Assembly (NCBI GenBank): GCA_964016885.1
Contig: OZ024740.1
Span: 64,108,001 to 64,172,000 of the forward strand
Direction of reading: 5' to 3'
From: Eledone cirrhosa
Lineage: Eukaryota
Length of the DNA stretch: 64,000 nt
The position numbers were made by a program, and so were the translations under genes. The notes beneath the pieces were generated by a model. The model did not search any database, was not told the origin of the DNA, and was given only the letters and a program-made list of their open reading frames with translations. Shown here in pieces: positions 35,911-49,254 of this stretch (positions are counted from its first letter, which is position 1; every line of letters begins with the position of its first letter).

Positions 35911-37218
35911 GGCCAATATTAATACAAGAAAAAATTAGTTAGAAATACATTATTATTATTAAGATAAAATTGTATGGGATCATATCAGTGATGGTGTAAG
36001 GAGAGTTATATAATTATATTTAATTATTTAATTATATAATCATATATTTTGGTAGTATCTATAAATAATATGAGAGTTAAAAATGTTTTGAAGTGGTAGA
36101 ATACCAATTTAAAATTAAAAAAAATTGAGATATACAACTAATTATTGGATCTATTCAAATTATGAGTTATAATATTATATAGATAATATTTATAAGTATA
36201 TTTTAAGGTTGTAAGTGTATTTTAGTTTATTATATTACAACAGGTTATTTATATAAGTATTTATATAAATATTTTTGGTGATTATATATGTTGTTATTTT
36301 CACTAGTTATTTTTATATATGTAACGAAGCATTTTGTGTTTACATTTTCAAATAGTTAAGAAAAAGACTTAGTTATAAATTTTATTTGAAAAGATTATTT
36401 TGTACATTCAGATAGTTCCATCAAGATAGGAAACATTCACAAAAAATTTAGTAAGTTAACGAAAATATACAGAGAATTTAATATTTATGTAAAGTTTATT
36501 TGTTACATAGAAGGAATGTTAAAGTGTGTTACATTATAAAGGAAAAGATAACTCCAATGTTTCTTAGTTAAAATAGTTATGTTACATTTGTCATTTAATT
36601 CTAGAATTTACTTTTAAATAACTATACAATTAAGATATATGCGGAATATAAGTAGAACAATTTAATATATTATTTTGTATATGATTATAAGGTATTTTAT
36701 ATTACATGTTTTCAAAGATGAGAATTCTTTTATATATGTATTTAGATAGTATTAGCTACACCAATGCATGTGTTAAAATCTATATAGTGATTTAGGAAGA
36801 AAAAATATTATTACAGACATCATAAGTATATTTAGAAACATTATCAAAATTATCACAAAAAAGATATATTTCAAAATATCATTGAAAACCATTAAAAAGA
36901 ATATCATTTGAAAAAAGAATATCATTAAAAAAATATTAGATAAATAGAAAACTATCATTTAAAAATCACCACAAAGTCTCGACAAAAGCATAGTGAAGAC
37001 ATAAAATGTACAGACATCCGGGGTCGATAAAATAAAGTACCAGTAATGTACTGGGTAATTGCTGGCCTTGTGCCAAAAGTAGAAACAATTATTTTTTCTA
37101 GAATTATAATCGTAAATATATACTACCATACACTTTGTATTGGTGCTCCGACATAGCGATATACATATAAATGTACGTATTTTATATTGAATAATATACG
37201 GGATATTTATGAAAAACA

Positions 37219-37586
37219 TTTGAAGGCCTTTCGCTATGAATTTGTAAGGTTGTGCTCATCGTCACTCACAAAGCCTCAGCAAAAACAGGGGGAAGTAATC
37301 GACGTGTTTTTCGCTTTTTAGCGATTATCGGGACTACGTATCTCTCCGTCTTTGATGAGGCTAATGTAAGCTTGAATTTTATAGATTTCAGCCTATGTTT
37401 ATGAGCCAATGAAACTCATTTGCACACGGAGTGGTATTGTATTAGTGATCTATACGAAGGAGATATGTAGTCTCGATAACGGTTAATAAGCGAAAAACAC
37501 GTCGATTACTTCCCCCTGTTTTTGTTGAGGCCGGGTGTGTGGTGATGATCACAACCTTACAGTTTCATAGTGAAGGGCCTTCAAAT
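37219..37586. mobile_element. fold-back/MITE-like element with ~130-bp imperfect inverted repeats
   Basis: tttgaaggcc...caaaaacagggggaagtaatcgacgtgtttttcgctt and the mirrored aagcgaaaaacacgtcgattacttccccctgtttttg...ggccttcaaa. Confidence 0.8.
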
Positions 37587-38117
37587 ACGTACATTTATAG
37601 CATCAGACCACTATAAACATTTCTATATATGGAGGTAAAATAGAAACAAATAATAGACACACATAAAAGGTTGACAAATAAGGGCTATTTGCAATTAAGA
37701 CCTTATATTATTTATTTTGATATTGAAGTGAGAGATGCTTCAAGTAAGGCTGAAAACTAGACAAATAATTGCTTCATAAGAAGTGATAACTAGTTATTTC
37801 CGTGTGTATAGTAAATATAGTAGATATATGTTCAAGACCCATATTAATTTGAACAGTGCTTACTTCTTTTCTACAAGTTTTATCTTTATCTGTAGCTTCT
37901 CTCTACACTTCTCTCTCTCTTTACATACATACACATACATACACACACGCCCCCCCCCCACACGCACACACACGCGCGCACACACTCACATATATATATA
38001 CATATATATAGAGTTAATAACAGAAACAAAACAGAACATAGGAAGCAAAATTACACACATATATACAAACAAATCTATAAATCTTCCTTTCTGCTTGTCC
38101 GTTTCTCACTCCCCTCC

Positions 38118-38154
<37 letters not shown>

Positions 38155-38345
38155 CATATGTATGTGTGCACATACTTAATTTTATATATGTATACTTTCG
38201 TAGCTGCATACAACATTCACATATAGATACAGCCTTGTGTGTATATACATATATATATACATACATATATATATATTATGAAGAGAGAAGAAACATTTAG
38301 ATATAATTAGTAATAACATGTATCATACCTAAACTGCTCCTAGAT

Positions 38346-38435
38346 TCCTCGACTACGTAGTTTCGTGGCATAAACAAAAACAATACATCATAAAGATATA
38401 GAGTTTTTGCGAGGTCTGCCGACTTATCAAGAGGA
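38346..38435 (-). ncRNA. type I hammerhead, U3-A8 core variant
   Basis: tcctc TTGATAA gtcggca...tgccac GAAA ctacgtag TC gagga. Confidence 0.8.
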
Positions 38436-39302
38436 TACCTCGTTTTACTAGCTTCAACAACGCGTCTATATGATGTGAGAAAGTATCCCAAAAGGCGGAG
38501 GGGTAGATAGTCACGTGATACAACGGTCAAGAAACAGAGCTAAGCCTCTTATAACCCCGAAGAAAATACCACGGAGGCGGATGGGGTATTTATATCGAAG
38601 CCGTAGAAGAGGTGGTGAAGGGGGAGAGAAGTATGAGTAATGGCAGCTTTCCAGCAGTCACCACACTTCAAAGATTACTCGACCAGAGGGAGTTATGAAC
38701 AATATATTTAGAAACACACAGATACATGCGGACACACACATATACATGAATGCATCCACATCCAACCGTGAGTTAATGGTGTCAACCTTACCGATGTTGC
38801 TCTATGAATGACTGGGACAGACCAATCCGGTTGAATTAGACTGAACCAGTATCAGAGCTAAAAGTACATTATGAAGAGAGAAGAAACATTTAGATATAAT
38901 TAGTAATAAAATGTATCATACCTAAACTGCTCCTAGATTCCTCGACTACGTAGTTTCGTGGCATAAACAAAAACAATACATCATAAAGATATAGAGTTTT
39001 GTGTGTCCGCATGTATCTGTGTGTTTCTAAATATATTGTTCATAACTCCCTCTGGTCGAGTAATCTTTGAAGTGTGGTGACTGCTGGAAAGCTGCCATTA
39101 TTCATACTTCTCGCCTCCTTTACCACCTCTTCTACAGCTTCGATATAAATACCCCCTCCGCCTCCGTGGTATTTTCTTCGGGGTTATAAGAGGCTTAGCT
39201 CTGTTTCTTGACCGTTGTATCACGTGACTATCTCCCCCTCCGCCTTTTGGGATTCTTTCTCACATAATATAGACGCGTTGTTGAAGCTAGTAAAACGAGA
39301 TA

Positions 39303-39392
39303 TCCTCTTGATAAGTCGGCAGACATCGCAAAAACTCTATATCTTTATGATGTATTGTTTTTGTTTATGCCACGAAACTACGTAGTCGAGGA
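39303..39392 (+). ncRNA. type I hammerhead, U3-A8 core variant
   Basis: tcctc(39303-7) TTGATAA(39308-14) gtcggca...tgccac GAAA(39374-7) ctacgta GTC(39385-7) gagga. Confidence 0.82.
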
Positions 39393-39632
39393 ATCTAGGA
39401 GCAGTTTAGGTATGATACATTTTATTACTAATTATATCTAAATGTTTCTTCTCTCTTCATAATGTACTTTTAGCTCTGATACTGGTCCAGTCTAATTCAA
39501 CCGGATTGGTCTGTCCCAGTCATTCATAGAGCAACATCGGTAAGGTTGACACCATTAACTCACGGTTGGATGTGGATGCATTCATGTATATGTGTGTGTC
39601 CGCATGTATCTGTGTGTTTCTAAATATATTGT

Positions 39633-39745
<113 letters not shown>

Positions 39746-40335
39746 GGAGGTGAGTTTTATTGTAGTACAATAAAGCAATGCAGTTTGTAGGACTGGAGTA
39801 TAAATAATAATATATAAGATCAAAAGATGGTTAAAAGAGTTCCATGTATTTTATTATGCGCATTTCAAAAACAAATATCATCATTTGCGTTTTCGTCAGA
39901 TAAAATAGGGAGACATGATATGAAGGTTAAAACACACTTGTGAATAGTGCAGTTTTAAATCAACATATGAAAAGTAGTTTTAGATTGATGTGTGATATTG
40001 GGAAAAAAAATGAGGGGGGGGGGGTTGGAAAGGATGAAAAAGAGGAGGAGATGAGAGTAAAAAGTGGAGGGGGAGGAGTATAATGAGGAAGGATGAGATA
40101 GGAGGGGAGATGGGTGATAGAGAGAGAGATAGCTTTTATAACTGAGAAAAATATATTGTTTTACATAGAGAGGTTGAAAAACCGTTGGAAGATAATATAT
40201 AAATTAAAAGAATTTGAAAATTAACGAAGAGAAAATTTTTAGAATAATGTTAAATTAAGGTTTGTATATTTAAGGGTTTAATAATATGTGCGATGGAAAG
40301 AAATTGTTGATATGTATTATTTTAATAATATGTGC

Positions 40336-40399
<64 letters not shown>

Positions 40400-40402
<3 letters not shown>

Positions 40403-40892
40403 ATAGATGTGGATATATTCATGTATATGTGTGTGTCCGCATGCATCTGTGTGTTTCTCTATATATTGTTTATAACTCCCTTTGGTCGAGTAACCCTTGA
40501 AGTGTAGTGACTGCTGGAAAGCTACCATTACTCATACTTCTTGCCTCCTTAACCACCTCTTCTACGGCCTCGATATAAATACCCCCTCCGCCTCCGTGGT
40601 ATTTTTTTCAGGGTTATAAGAGGCTTAGCTCTGTTTCTTGACCGCTGTATCACGTGATTGCCCCCCTCCGCCTTTTGGGATTCTATCTCGCATCTTACAG
40701 ACGTGTTTTTGAAACCCTCAATGAGGTATCCTCTTGATAAGTCGGCAGACCTCACAAAAATTCTATATCTCTGTGATGTATTGTTTTTGATTATGCCACG
40801 AAACTACGTAGTCGAGGAATTTAGAAGCAGTTTAGGTATGATGCATCTTATTACTAATTATATCTAATGTTTCTTCTATCTTCATAATGCAC

Positions 40893-40893
<1 letters not shown>
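40400..40893 (+). mobile_element. diverged additional copy of the 593-bp hammerhead unit
   Basis: Aligns to 39568-39630 plus 39001-39467 with many substitutions. (TA)n flanks. Confidence 0.85.
40729..40818 (+). ncRNA. type I hammerhead, U3-A8 core variant
   Basis: Core and stems are identical to 39303 although loop II has diverged. Confidence 0.8.
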
Positions 40894-40954
<61 letters not shown>

Positions 40955-41038
40955 AAGTTTTATTTAAATTGTTGGGTTAACAACGAGTAAATATTTATAA
41001 CTGATATAAAAGCACTCAACAAGTATTTGGAGTATATT

Positions 41039-41352
41039 TACGATATTAAATAAATGGAAACTATATTTATAAAACCATATTTATTTCATTATATATATTT
41101 CAGGGATATCATATTAAAAATATGTTATGCCTTCTTCAGACAAAATACAATATAAACAGTCTTATAAATACCAAATCAACTTTTCAAATAGAAGTCGAAG
41201 TTGAAAGGTATGTCGAATCTATCTATTTATAAGACTGTTTATATTGTATTTTGTCTGAAGAAGGCATAACATATTTTTAATATGATATCCCTGAAATATA
41301 TATAATGAAATAAATATGGTTTTATAAATATAGTTTCCATTTATTTAATATC

Positions 41353-41355
<3 letters not shown>
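41039..41355. repeat. near-perfect ~130-bp inverted repeat, each arm containing a hammerhead
   Basis: 41039-41170 is mirrored at 41224-41355. Confidence 0.9.
41250..41309 (+). ncRNA. type I hammerhead ribozyme (mirror copy on the minus strand at ~41085-41145)
   Basis: tttgt CTGAAGA agg...cct GAAA tatata TA atgaa; stem I includes G-U pairs. Confidence 0.68.
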
Positions 41356-41402
<47 letters not shown>

Positions 41403-41404
<2 letters not shown>

Positions 41405-41545
41405 CAAAGGAGTTGTGGTAAAGAACCAGATGGACCATAACGCACCAGAGTACTCATTACTTAGGGTAGTAGAGTGGGTAATAGGAAGAAGTCCAGAAAT
41501 AGCCATCGAAACGGCTTGAGCTCTGCCGTCGGGGTCATACTTTTT

Positions 41546-41550
<5 letters not shown>
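41403..41550. repeat. diverged third copy of the 21536 family, lacking most of the left arm
   Basis: gtggtaaagaaccag...tacttagggtagtagagtgggtaataggaa...tcgaaacggcttgagctc. Confidence 0.8.
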
Positions 41551-41601
<51 letters not shown>

Positions 41602-42260
41602 TATATAAATACATTTATACTCACACACACACATATATAGGTATATCTCTTTACATTTATGTACATATATTTATCATATCTCTGTTTTGTTTATAACGTA
41701 TCTCTTATGTACACAATGCACTATATATGTATTTACATCATTGCTTAGACAATATTGAACGACCAAATGATAAAATACAAAAGATATTTCTCGTGCTTAG
41801 TTAGTTTGAAAGTTGATGTTCTTTAATGGGATTCTTCATGTTTGCCGACAGTCGTAATGATTTGAAATAACTGATTCTATATAGAAAAGCTGAATACAAA
41901 AATTACTGAACGCATTCATATAATAGAAAACCAACAAGATAATAACATAGTTTTTTTATTTTATTTTAGTAGGGCTATTTTCTTTTTGTTATAATTCCCC
42001 CAATCTTAGAATTACTTCAAATTTGCTTTTTATCCGAGAGCAATGATTTGAGAAAGGATAATTATGACAGTCTCTCCCATAAATCTAGTGTTAAGACCAT
42101 TTTACACTCGATAAAGCAATTTTTTTTTATCATCAGTATAAGCATACATATAACCCCCCCCCCACATATATACATACATAGATGCATACACATAGACACA
42201 CACATACTGTCCCTTTTCTCTTGCGATGTCTATAAAATTATCTTTCTCTCTATCAAGTCT

Positions 42261-42438
42261 GCTTTTATTCAGTGTCTATCTATCTCTTTTATTCAGTGTC
42301 TATCTATCTCTTTTATTCAGTGTCTATCTATCTCTTTTATTCAGTGTCTATCTATCTCTTTTATTCAGTGTCTATCTATCTCTTTTATTCAGTGTCTATC
42401 TATCTCTTTTATTCAGTGTCTATCTATCTCTTTTATTC
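42261..42438 (+). repeat. 24-bp minisatellite, ~7 copies
   Basis: (cttttattcagtgtctatctatct)n. Confidence 0.95.
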
Positions 42439-43027
42439 GCCCACAAACGTGGCCAAAACATTATTTCATCAAATATATTAATGTCTTTCTTTTTGCACAT
42501 TCTGTTGTTATATATGTTTACACACACACACACACACATATATATCTATGCATACACACACCCATATATATACGCATAAAAATAATACACGCACACACAT
42601 ACAATCACCCACATATTTCTTTGTTTTATCTTCTCGCATGAGTAATTTTTAGTTGATTCCAACAATAAAATGCCTTAAATCATCCACCAACGTTTCCTGA
42701 CTTTCACAGTCTCATCTTCAGGATATGAATTGTTGTTGGCCAAAATGATATATGCATCTAATTATCTTTTATTGCAGGGGAATAAAATGTGTAGACTTTA
42801 CGGCTAATATTTAGCTATTAGATTTTTAGGGTATCAGTTATATGTTATTTTTGTTTATGATGCATGTTTGTAATTAAAAATAACTATAATTAATAAAATT
42901 GTAATCATTTATTAAAAAAAAATGCAATTTGAAACTGTGTTATAACATAAGTAACGCTTCCATTGTAATTCGCCTACTTTTAGGAGATTTATATAATGTA
43001 CATGTATATTCCATTAATATTTAGCTA

Positions 43028-43270
43028 AGGGCGGTGGATTGGCTGTATCGGTGGAGCGTCGGACAACATGTTTTATGGCATAAAGTTACGGCCCTTTACG
43101 ATCTGATTTCAAATTCTGTCGAGGTGAACTTTGCTTTTCATACTTACGGGATCGATAAAATAAAGTACCAGTTATGTACTTATGTAGTTATGTAGTTATC
43201 GATTTAATCGACTTTCCTTTGCCCTCAAATTGTTTAAGGCCAACAATTTCTAAATCAGAAAGCAATATTT
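43028..43270 (+). mobile_element. tRNA-derived SINE (35560 family)
   Basis: ggcggtggattggctgtatcggt...tcgataaaataaagtaccag. aatatttagcta flanks both sides as a probable TSD. Confidence 0.8.
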
Positions 43271-43664
43271 AGCTATCTACATTTGCTTTATGTAGTGTGC
43301 TGTTGTGTACAGCTATAGATCTTTTCGTTTTGTAAAATCATGATGACTCGTAGTTGTAGAGCCAATGTAACTCTAGGAATAATGAAATTTACAATTTACA
43401 ATTTTGAAATAATATTTATACATCAATTTGATCATTCATTTGTAGTTTATTCTCGAGTTTACTTGCTTTTGGTTGTTGATGTGATTTATCATTTTAGTGG
43501 TTTTTAATATATTATTTGTGTTAGTTTATGGTTGTCTTCCTAGATTTTCTTTCTCCCCTCTCTCTCTAGTGCATTGTCCTCTTAATCTATCTGTTTCGAA
43601 TTCAAATATTAAAATATATGTTGATTAAAAAAAAATATTTCTACTGAGCGTATTTGTTGTAACA

Positions 43665-43860
43665 GGGCGGTTGATTGGCAGTATCGGTAGAGCATCAGAC
43701 ACCATGCTTTGCAGTATAGAGTTATGTCCCTTTACGTTCTATGTTCAAATCCCGTCGAGGTTAACTTTGCCTTTCATCCTTACGGGGTCGATAATATAAA
43801 TCGCCAGTAATGCACTGGAGTAATTGCTGGCCTTGTTCCAAAAGTAGAAACAATTATTAT
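43665..43860 (+). mobile_element. tRNA-derived SINE (35560 family)
   Basis: Full-length match to 35560-35750. Confidence 0.85.
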
Positions 43861-44171
43861 AACATTGTACAGAATTGTCGGTCTATGTCGGTCTATGTCG
43901 GTCTATGTCGGTCTATGTGGCAGGAACCACATTTTGATGACACTGTTTAATTTGACACTGTAGTCAAGGTTAACAAAACGTTCCTTCGACATACAAATAG
44001 TTTGGGAAAGCTTTGACGCTCGACGCAACTAATTACGAAGCCAAACTAGAAGCTCACAATAAATTCTAGACAACTGAAGCGAACTGGTAGGTTCATTTGA
44101 GAGTTGCTGACAATATTTATAACTATAAAGTGCTACATAAATCTAATGGGAATAATAATACAAATAAGTTA

Positions 44172-44497
44172 AGGTGCGTAGTTTTGTGGATATGGGTATT
44201 TGGCTCACGATCGTAACATCATGAGTTCGATTCCCGGAGGTGTGTTGTGTTCTTGAGCAAGACCCTTTATTTCACGTTACTGTAGTCCAGTCAGCTGGCA
44301 AAAATGAGTTGTACCTGTAATTCGAAAGAGCCAGCCTTGTCACATTCTGTGTCACTCTGAATCTCCCTGAGAACTACATTAAGAGTATACGTGTCTGTAG
44401 AATGCTCAGTCAGTTGCACGTTAATTTCAGGAGCAGTCAGTTCCGTTGATCGTGTCAACTGGAGCACTCATCGTCGTAACTGATGGAGTGCCAGTTA
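44172..44497 (+). mobile_element. second tRNA-derived SINE family, full length
   Basis: B-box gagttcgattccc and core tgttgtgttcttgagcaagac. taatacaaataa flanks both sides as a probable TSD. Confidence 0.75.
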
Positions 44498-45529
44498 GTT
44501 ATAATACAAATAAATGTAATGCATTTCTCGTTTCTTAGACATTCCATGAGGTATATAAACATATTTAAGTTTTTACATGTGTCTGATTGTATAGTTCAGA
44601 GTTTAAAAGATTTTTTCATTTAGCTATGTCATATAAAATTGCCTAGCTGTTGAAGGTTCCATTTTTCATATCCTGTTGCAGTCATGGCGCAGTTCCGATG
44701 TCAATTACAAAGGAAAGACGCCCAACATGGGCTGCAAATTATCTGCAAATGTTGGCTAAGATACAATGATGTCTTAATCAGGGTAAGATGTATATTTATA
44801 TCACAACCATTTAATGTCATGGAAATGCAGATGAACACACGGACCTTCAAAATCTCCTCGGGTCATAGAAAAGACCTTTTATGTTGCAACAACTTCATTT
44901 GTTTTTACAAATCATTACTTTTACCTTATCAAGCATTGTGTATCGTTTTCGTTGGGGAAGATGTTTTCGCTGGTAACATCAAGTGAAGAAGGAAGTATTA
45001 CAATGCGAACGAGTATCTATGTAGCAGCCTTACATGATTGAGTATTTCAAATTTTCCCATGTTTATCAATGCGTATGGCCTGTAGAATTTCAATAGAAAA
45101 CCACTCTAAGGTATCTCCTCTCCAAAAGATCTTTCAGATGATGATTTATAATTCATCTGCATGTATCGGCAAGATATGCTTTAAGCAATGCTATGAGCTA
45201 AGATAAACTATACACAATTATATGAGATACATTAAGAACACATCATCTTACGCTATGACACATGCCGACGAGTCGTACCATATCACAGGACACTCTGCAT
45301 ACCAACAATAGGTTATGTGCGTAGATGTTTCCCATCATGATGCCAATACCACAAGGAATTATAGACCCTCTTGAACTTTAAAACATGATGTCACAATCCA
45401 AATGTTACGCTTTTGCAATTCACACGAAGATATGTTTACAAACTGTATGTTAAACCAAAAATAGTGAAGTACTAAAACACACATGATACAATAAATTATT
45501 TATAATGTTTCATATATGTTGGATATATT

Positions 45530-45850
45530 ACAGACGTGATCAGAAGTAGTTGACCATAAATGACATTTGAACACTATTTTCCAATGCGACATAACGATGT
45601 TATAAAAACAATATACAATGCTATCCCTAGAAATGACGTTCCTGGAAGAAACATAGAAAATACTTCTTATATTGACAGTATTCATATATTTCACGCAAGG
45701 AATATTGGTGGAGCATTCCCATCAAAATGTCAACTAAATGAAAACACAAACCCGAAATAGTTGTTTGTGACAGAGAGCAAAACTGATGTGCTGATTTGGA
45801 GGTCAGTTGTCAAGTTGATGGAAACATATTATTATGAAAGGAGACATTTA
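45530..45850 (+). pseudogene. decayed R4/Dong RLE fragment
   Basis: HYFPMRHNDVIKTIYNA...EYWWSIPIK...HKPEIVVCD...LEVSC parallels YYLPMRHDGIARTIWNA...EYWWNLKIK...NRPDIVVWD...VEISC. Confidence 0.65.
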
Positions 45851-47594
45851 TGGTTAAGTCAGACATTTTGATAGATTTTCAAAGTCAACCTTGATTTAAC
45901 GACTTTGAAATAAAGAAAGGCAAAATACAAGCCCAGGGTGGTGTTCTGGCAGAAATATTAGAGCTTCAGACTAGTTGCCTTTCATTATGTGTTTCGACTG
46001 TTTGTAGTTTGAGTTCAAATTTTACCGGACCTACTTTAGTAATAGACGTATTCCGACGCCCAGTTTAACACCAACGCCAGAACCATGATTAACTTTAATG
46101 TAACTCGCTCTTTTACAAGTATTTTGGCCACGTCTCCAGTTTGAACATGACTGCCCTCCATCATCCCACCAGTCTCAAAGGCAGTGAAAAGTGTCATAAA
46201 CATTATCCATCCCTCCACAATAAAAATAAACTACTTCGAATTATACAAATATCCCTACCCGATTATAAAGTTACACATAAACCCACAGTCGTTGCATAGC
46301 CTGTTTATAAGTGTCTTGATAGTTGTCTATAAAAGCCGGATATTTTAGTCAAATTCAAACTATGTTCTAATGATTGAGCTTTTCTCCTTAGTTAGAAGTC
46401 AGCTTATTCATTACACGATAAATTCAAAGAATAGAAAGAAGAAAATTTTGCATACATAAGAATATGACGTACATACATAAATACTTACGTACATATTTAT
46501 ATATACATAAATACGTACGTGCATATCTATCTCCATACATATATATTTAGTTACATACAAAAATACATTCGTACAAACATACGTATATTCTACATAACCG
46601 TGTATGAAACGTCTTACAGATTACAATTCTTGGACGACCAAGCAATAAATCTAAGACGCTAGTCCGTTCATAAATCTTCTTTTGTTATTCCATTGATAGA
46701 TTATATCACAAAAAAGTTTATCCACAAAACTTTCTTCTAGTAACGACAGTTAAACATTTTCTTTTGCCTGTGTATAAGAAAGAGGCATTCTTGAGAAACA
46801 AACGAAAAATATTAATGCTCTTATGATGGCGAATCTGAAACATAGACACATGGTACGTTATGTTGGACGAGTTAGGCGCTGTGACACATGTGCGTTCAAC
46901 AACACATTTCTCTCAGTCTTCTTAAGTATTTTGAAGTGAAATGTACCAATTTCTGGATACCTGCAGAAGAGCACAGAAATAGTGACTTTCACTTAATAAT
47001 TGTTGCGAAACAAATTTAGAATTTGTCCGGGTATCACGGCCATTGCTAATATAGGTTTGTTATTTTTATTGATTTATTATTTTAAATCGAGACAGGCAAA
47101 CCATATTATTTTAAATTAGTATTTTTCAACCTAGATAACTTGGTCATTTGCAATTCGAACACATGTATACTTGTATAAGTGTTCATCCCTCTCATGTATT
47201 CATTTGTATTACACGGCTCGGAAATATTCCCTTCTTTGAGCTATTTAATTGTAAAAGACTATTTCGAGTGTATAACTCAATATAATATATAATATAATAT
47301 AATATAATATAATATATAATATATATATATACAGGGTGTTTCGAAAAATTTGATATCATTTCGCAATCTAATAACTTTGCCAGTTCTCGTTCAAATGACT
47401 TCAAATTTTAACACCGTGTGTAGAAACAGGTCAAAATTTTATGTTTAATGTTTGACATGTGCCGTGTCTAAGGCGGTGCGCATATTGAACATTTGTGAAT
47501 CGTTTATGGAATCCACATACCTTTGGATTTCTCATTCAAATTTGGAGGAATAAATCTTATGTTGCTCAACATTATATATATATATATATATACA

Positions 47595-47716
47595 CAGTTA
47601 GTTCACCATACCGAGAACAATTGTTTCACCTTAGCAGATCTTCAGCTCGTAATGGCATTACGAGCTGAGGAATCGCTAAAGTGAAAGAATTATTCTCGGT
47701 ATAGTGAACTAACTGT
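47595..47716. ncRNA. imperfect hairpin made of two divergent head-to-head hammerhead motifs
   Basis: Minus arm: cgag CTGAAGA tctgctaaggt GAAA caattg TT ctcg. Plus arm: cgag CTGAGGA atcgctaaagt GAAA gaatta TT ctcg. Confidence 0.62.
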
Positions 47717-47815
47717 TGTGTAACTACTTCTACCTAACTCGTCCCATGGACTGAGTGCTCTACCACTACGGATATTACCTTCCAGTGTTCTACCACTATA
47801 TATATATATATATAT

Positions 47816-48068
47816 ATAATTGAATAAACAAGAGAGATGAACACTAATATAAACATACATGTGTTCGAATCGTAAGGACCAAGTTTGCTAGGGTGAAAAA
47901 ATACTAACCTCTATTTTTTCACCCTAGCAAACTTGGTCCTTACGATTCGAACCCATGTATGTTTATATTAGTGTTCATCTCTCTTGTTTATTCAATTATA
48001 TTACACGGCTCGGAAAAGCTTTTTTCTTAGAGCTATTTAATTGTAAGAGACTACTCTGAGTTTCTAAC

Positions 48069-48072
<4 letters not shown>
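47816..48072. repeat. (TA)n-flanked repeat with ~88-bp fold-back; diverged non-fold-back copy at ~47115-47280
   Basis: 47816-47902 is mirrored at 47912-47999. Confidence 0.85.
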
Positions 48073-48153
<81 letters not shown>

Positions 48154-48596
48154 ATAGATAAGGTTTTGTTTATGTATATCAAGAATGAATGCTTAAACAA
48201 GATAACTGCTTACCAGAGAATTTGATTCAACAGTATCCTTCGATTCGTATAATTAGAATCCAAGCGGTATATTTGTCCAGAAGAGATCACGGAGTATATA
48301 ATATAATCAAGTATAGCTGCAAGAAAAATATAGACTTCAGCAAGAGGAGATGGTAGAAGAATGTATATTGTTCAATATTATGTAATACTTAACAAAGTAT
48401 TGTATGTGATTGAACAATCTATATTGTAGTCGGCAGCATATATAGAGTATTATAACAGGCCCAGAAACATATGTTAAAGTCAATAAATTCTTCTAATATC
48501 TCGTCTCGCCGAAGTCTGTATTTTTCTTGGTACTACACTTGCTTATATATTATATATATATGCCCGTCCCCTCAATCTAACTAATTTTTCATTCTT

Positions 48597-48633
48597 TATT
48601 CTGATGAAGGAATAGCGACCGAAACGTTAAGAG
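48597..48633 (+). ncRNA. minimal hammerhead motif (family shared with 61194)
   Basis: CTGATGA agg aatagcga cc GAAA cg TT aaga; stems I and II are weak. Confidence 0.55.
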
Positions 48634-48704
48634 CCACTTCCTGCTATTTCAACCGTTAAACTAATATATTGCTTCAGTTTGTTTTATTTCTGTTTACCTG
48701 TTAG

Positions 48705-48968
<264 letters not shown>

Positions 48969-49254
48969 AGATATATATATATCACAAATTCTATCTACAA
49001 ATTCTATCTACCCACAATAAAAATATAAAATATTTCTAAAACACAAATATATAAGATACACCAGATATGTGGACCTATACAGCGACTATTAAATGATTAT
49101 AAAACATTAAAAAAATATTCAATAGAGAGAATTTTAAATCCAGAGAGAGAATTGAGTACATAGGCACACGCGATAATAGGGAAGAATAGAGAAATAAAGA
49201 AAAAGCTTCTTTATTAGGACCAGAAGAAGCGTGGTTGAAGTAGCAAGCTGCTCT

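Larger units (their letters stand above)
38275..39630. mobile_element. ~593-bp hammerhead unit, partial tandem followed by an inverted copy (Penelope pLTR-like)
   Basis: The unit start at 38277 recurs at 38870. 39001-39630 is the reverse complement of the same unit. (TA)n flanks. Confidence 0.88.

Noticed and set aside
36773-36958. Hydrophobic ORF suggesting a mitochondrial insertion
   Set aside because: No recognisable mitochondrial protein motif or tRNA; it is explained by A/T bias.
42048-42641. 197-aa ORF with FIQCLSIS repeats; possible CRISPR array
   Set aside because: It is a 24-bp head-to-tail minisatellite with no spacers, no cas genes and a eukaryotic context.
44600-45180. Possible minus-strand R4-type RT remnant
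   Set aside because: The similarity seen by eye is too weak to call without a search.
47331-47560. TA-cagggtgtttc start suggesting a Tc1/mariner end
   Set aside because: No matching second TIR or transposase sequence was found.
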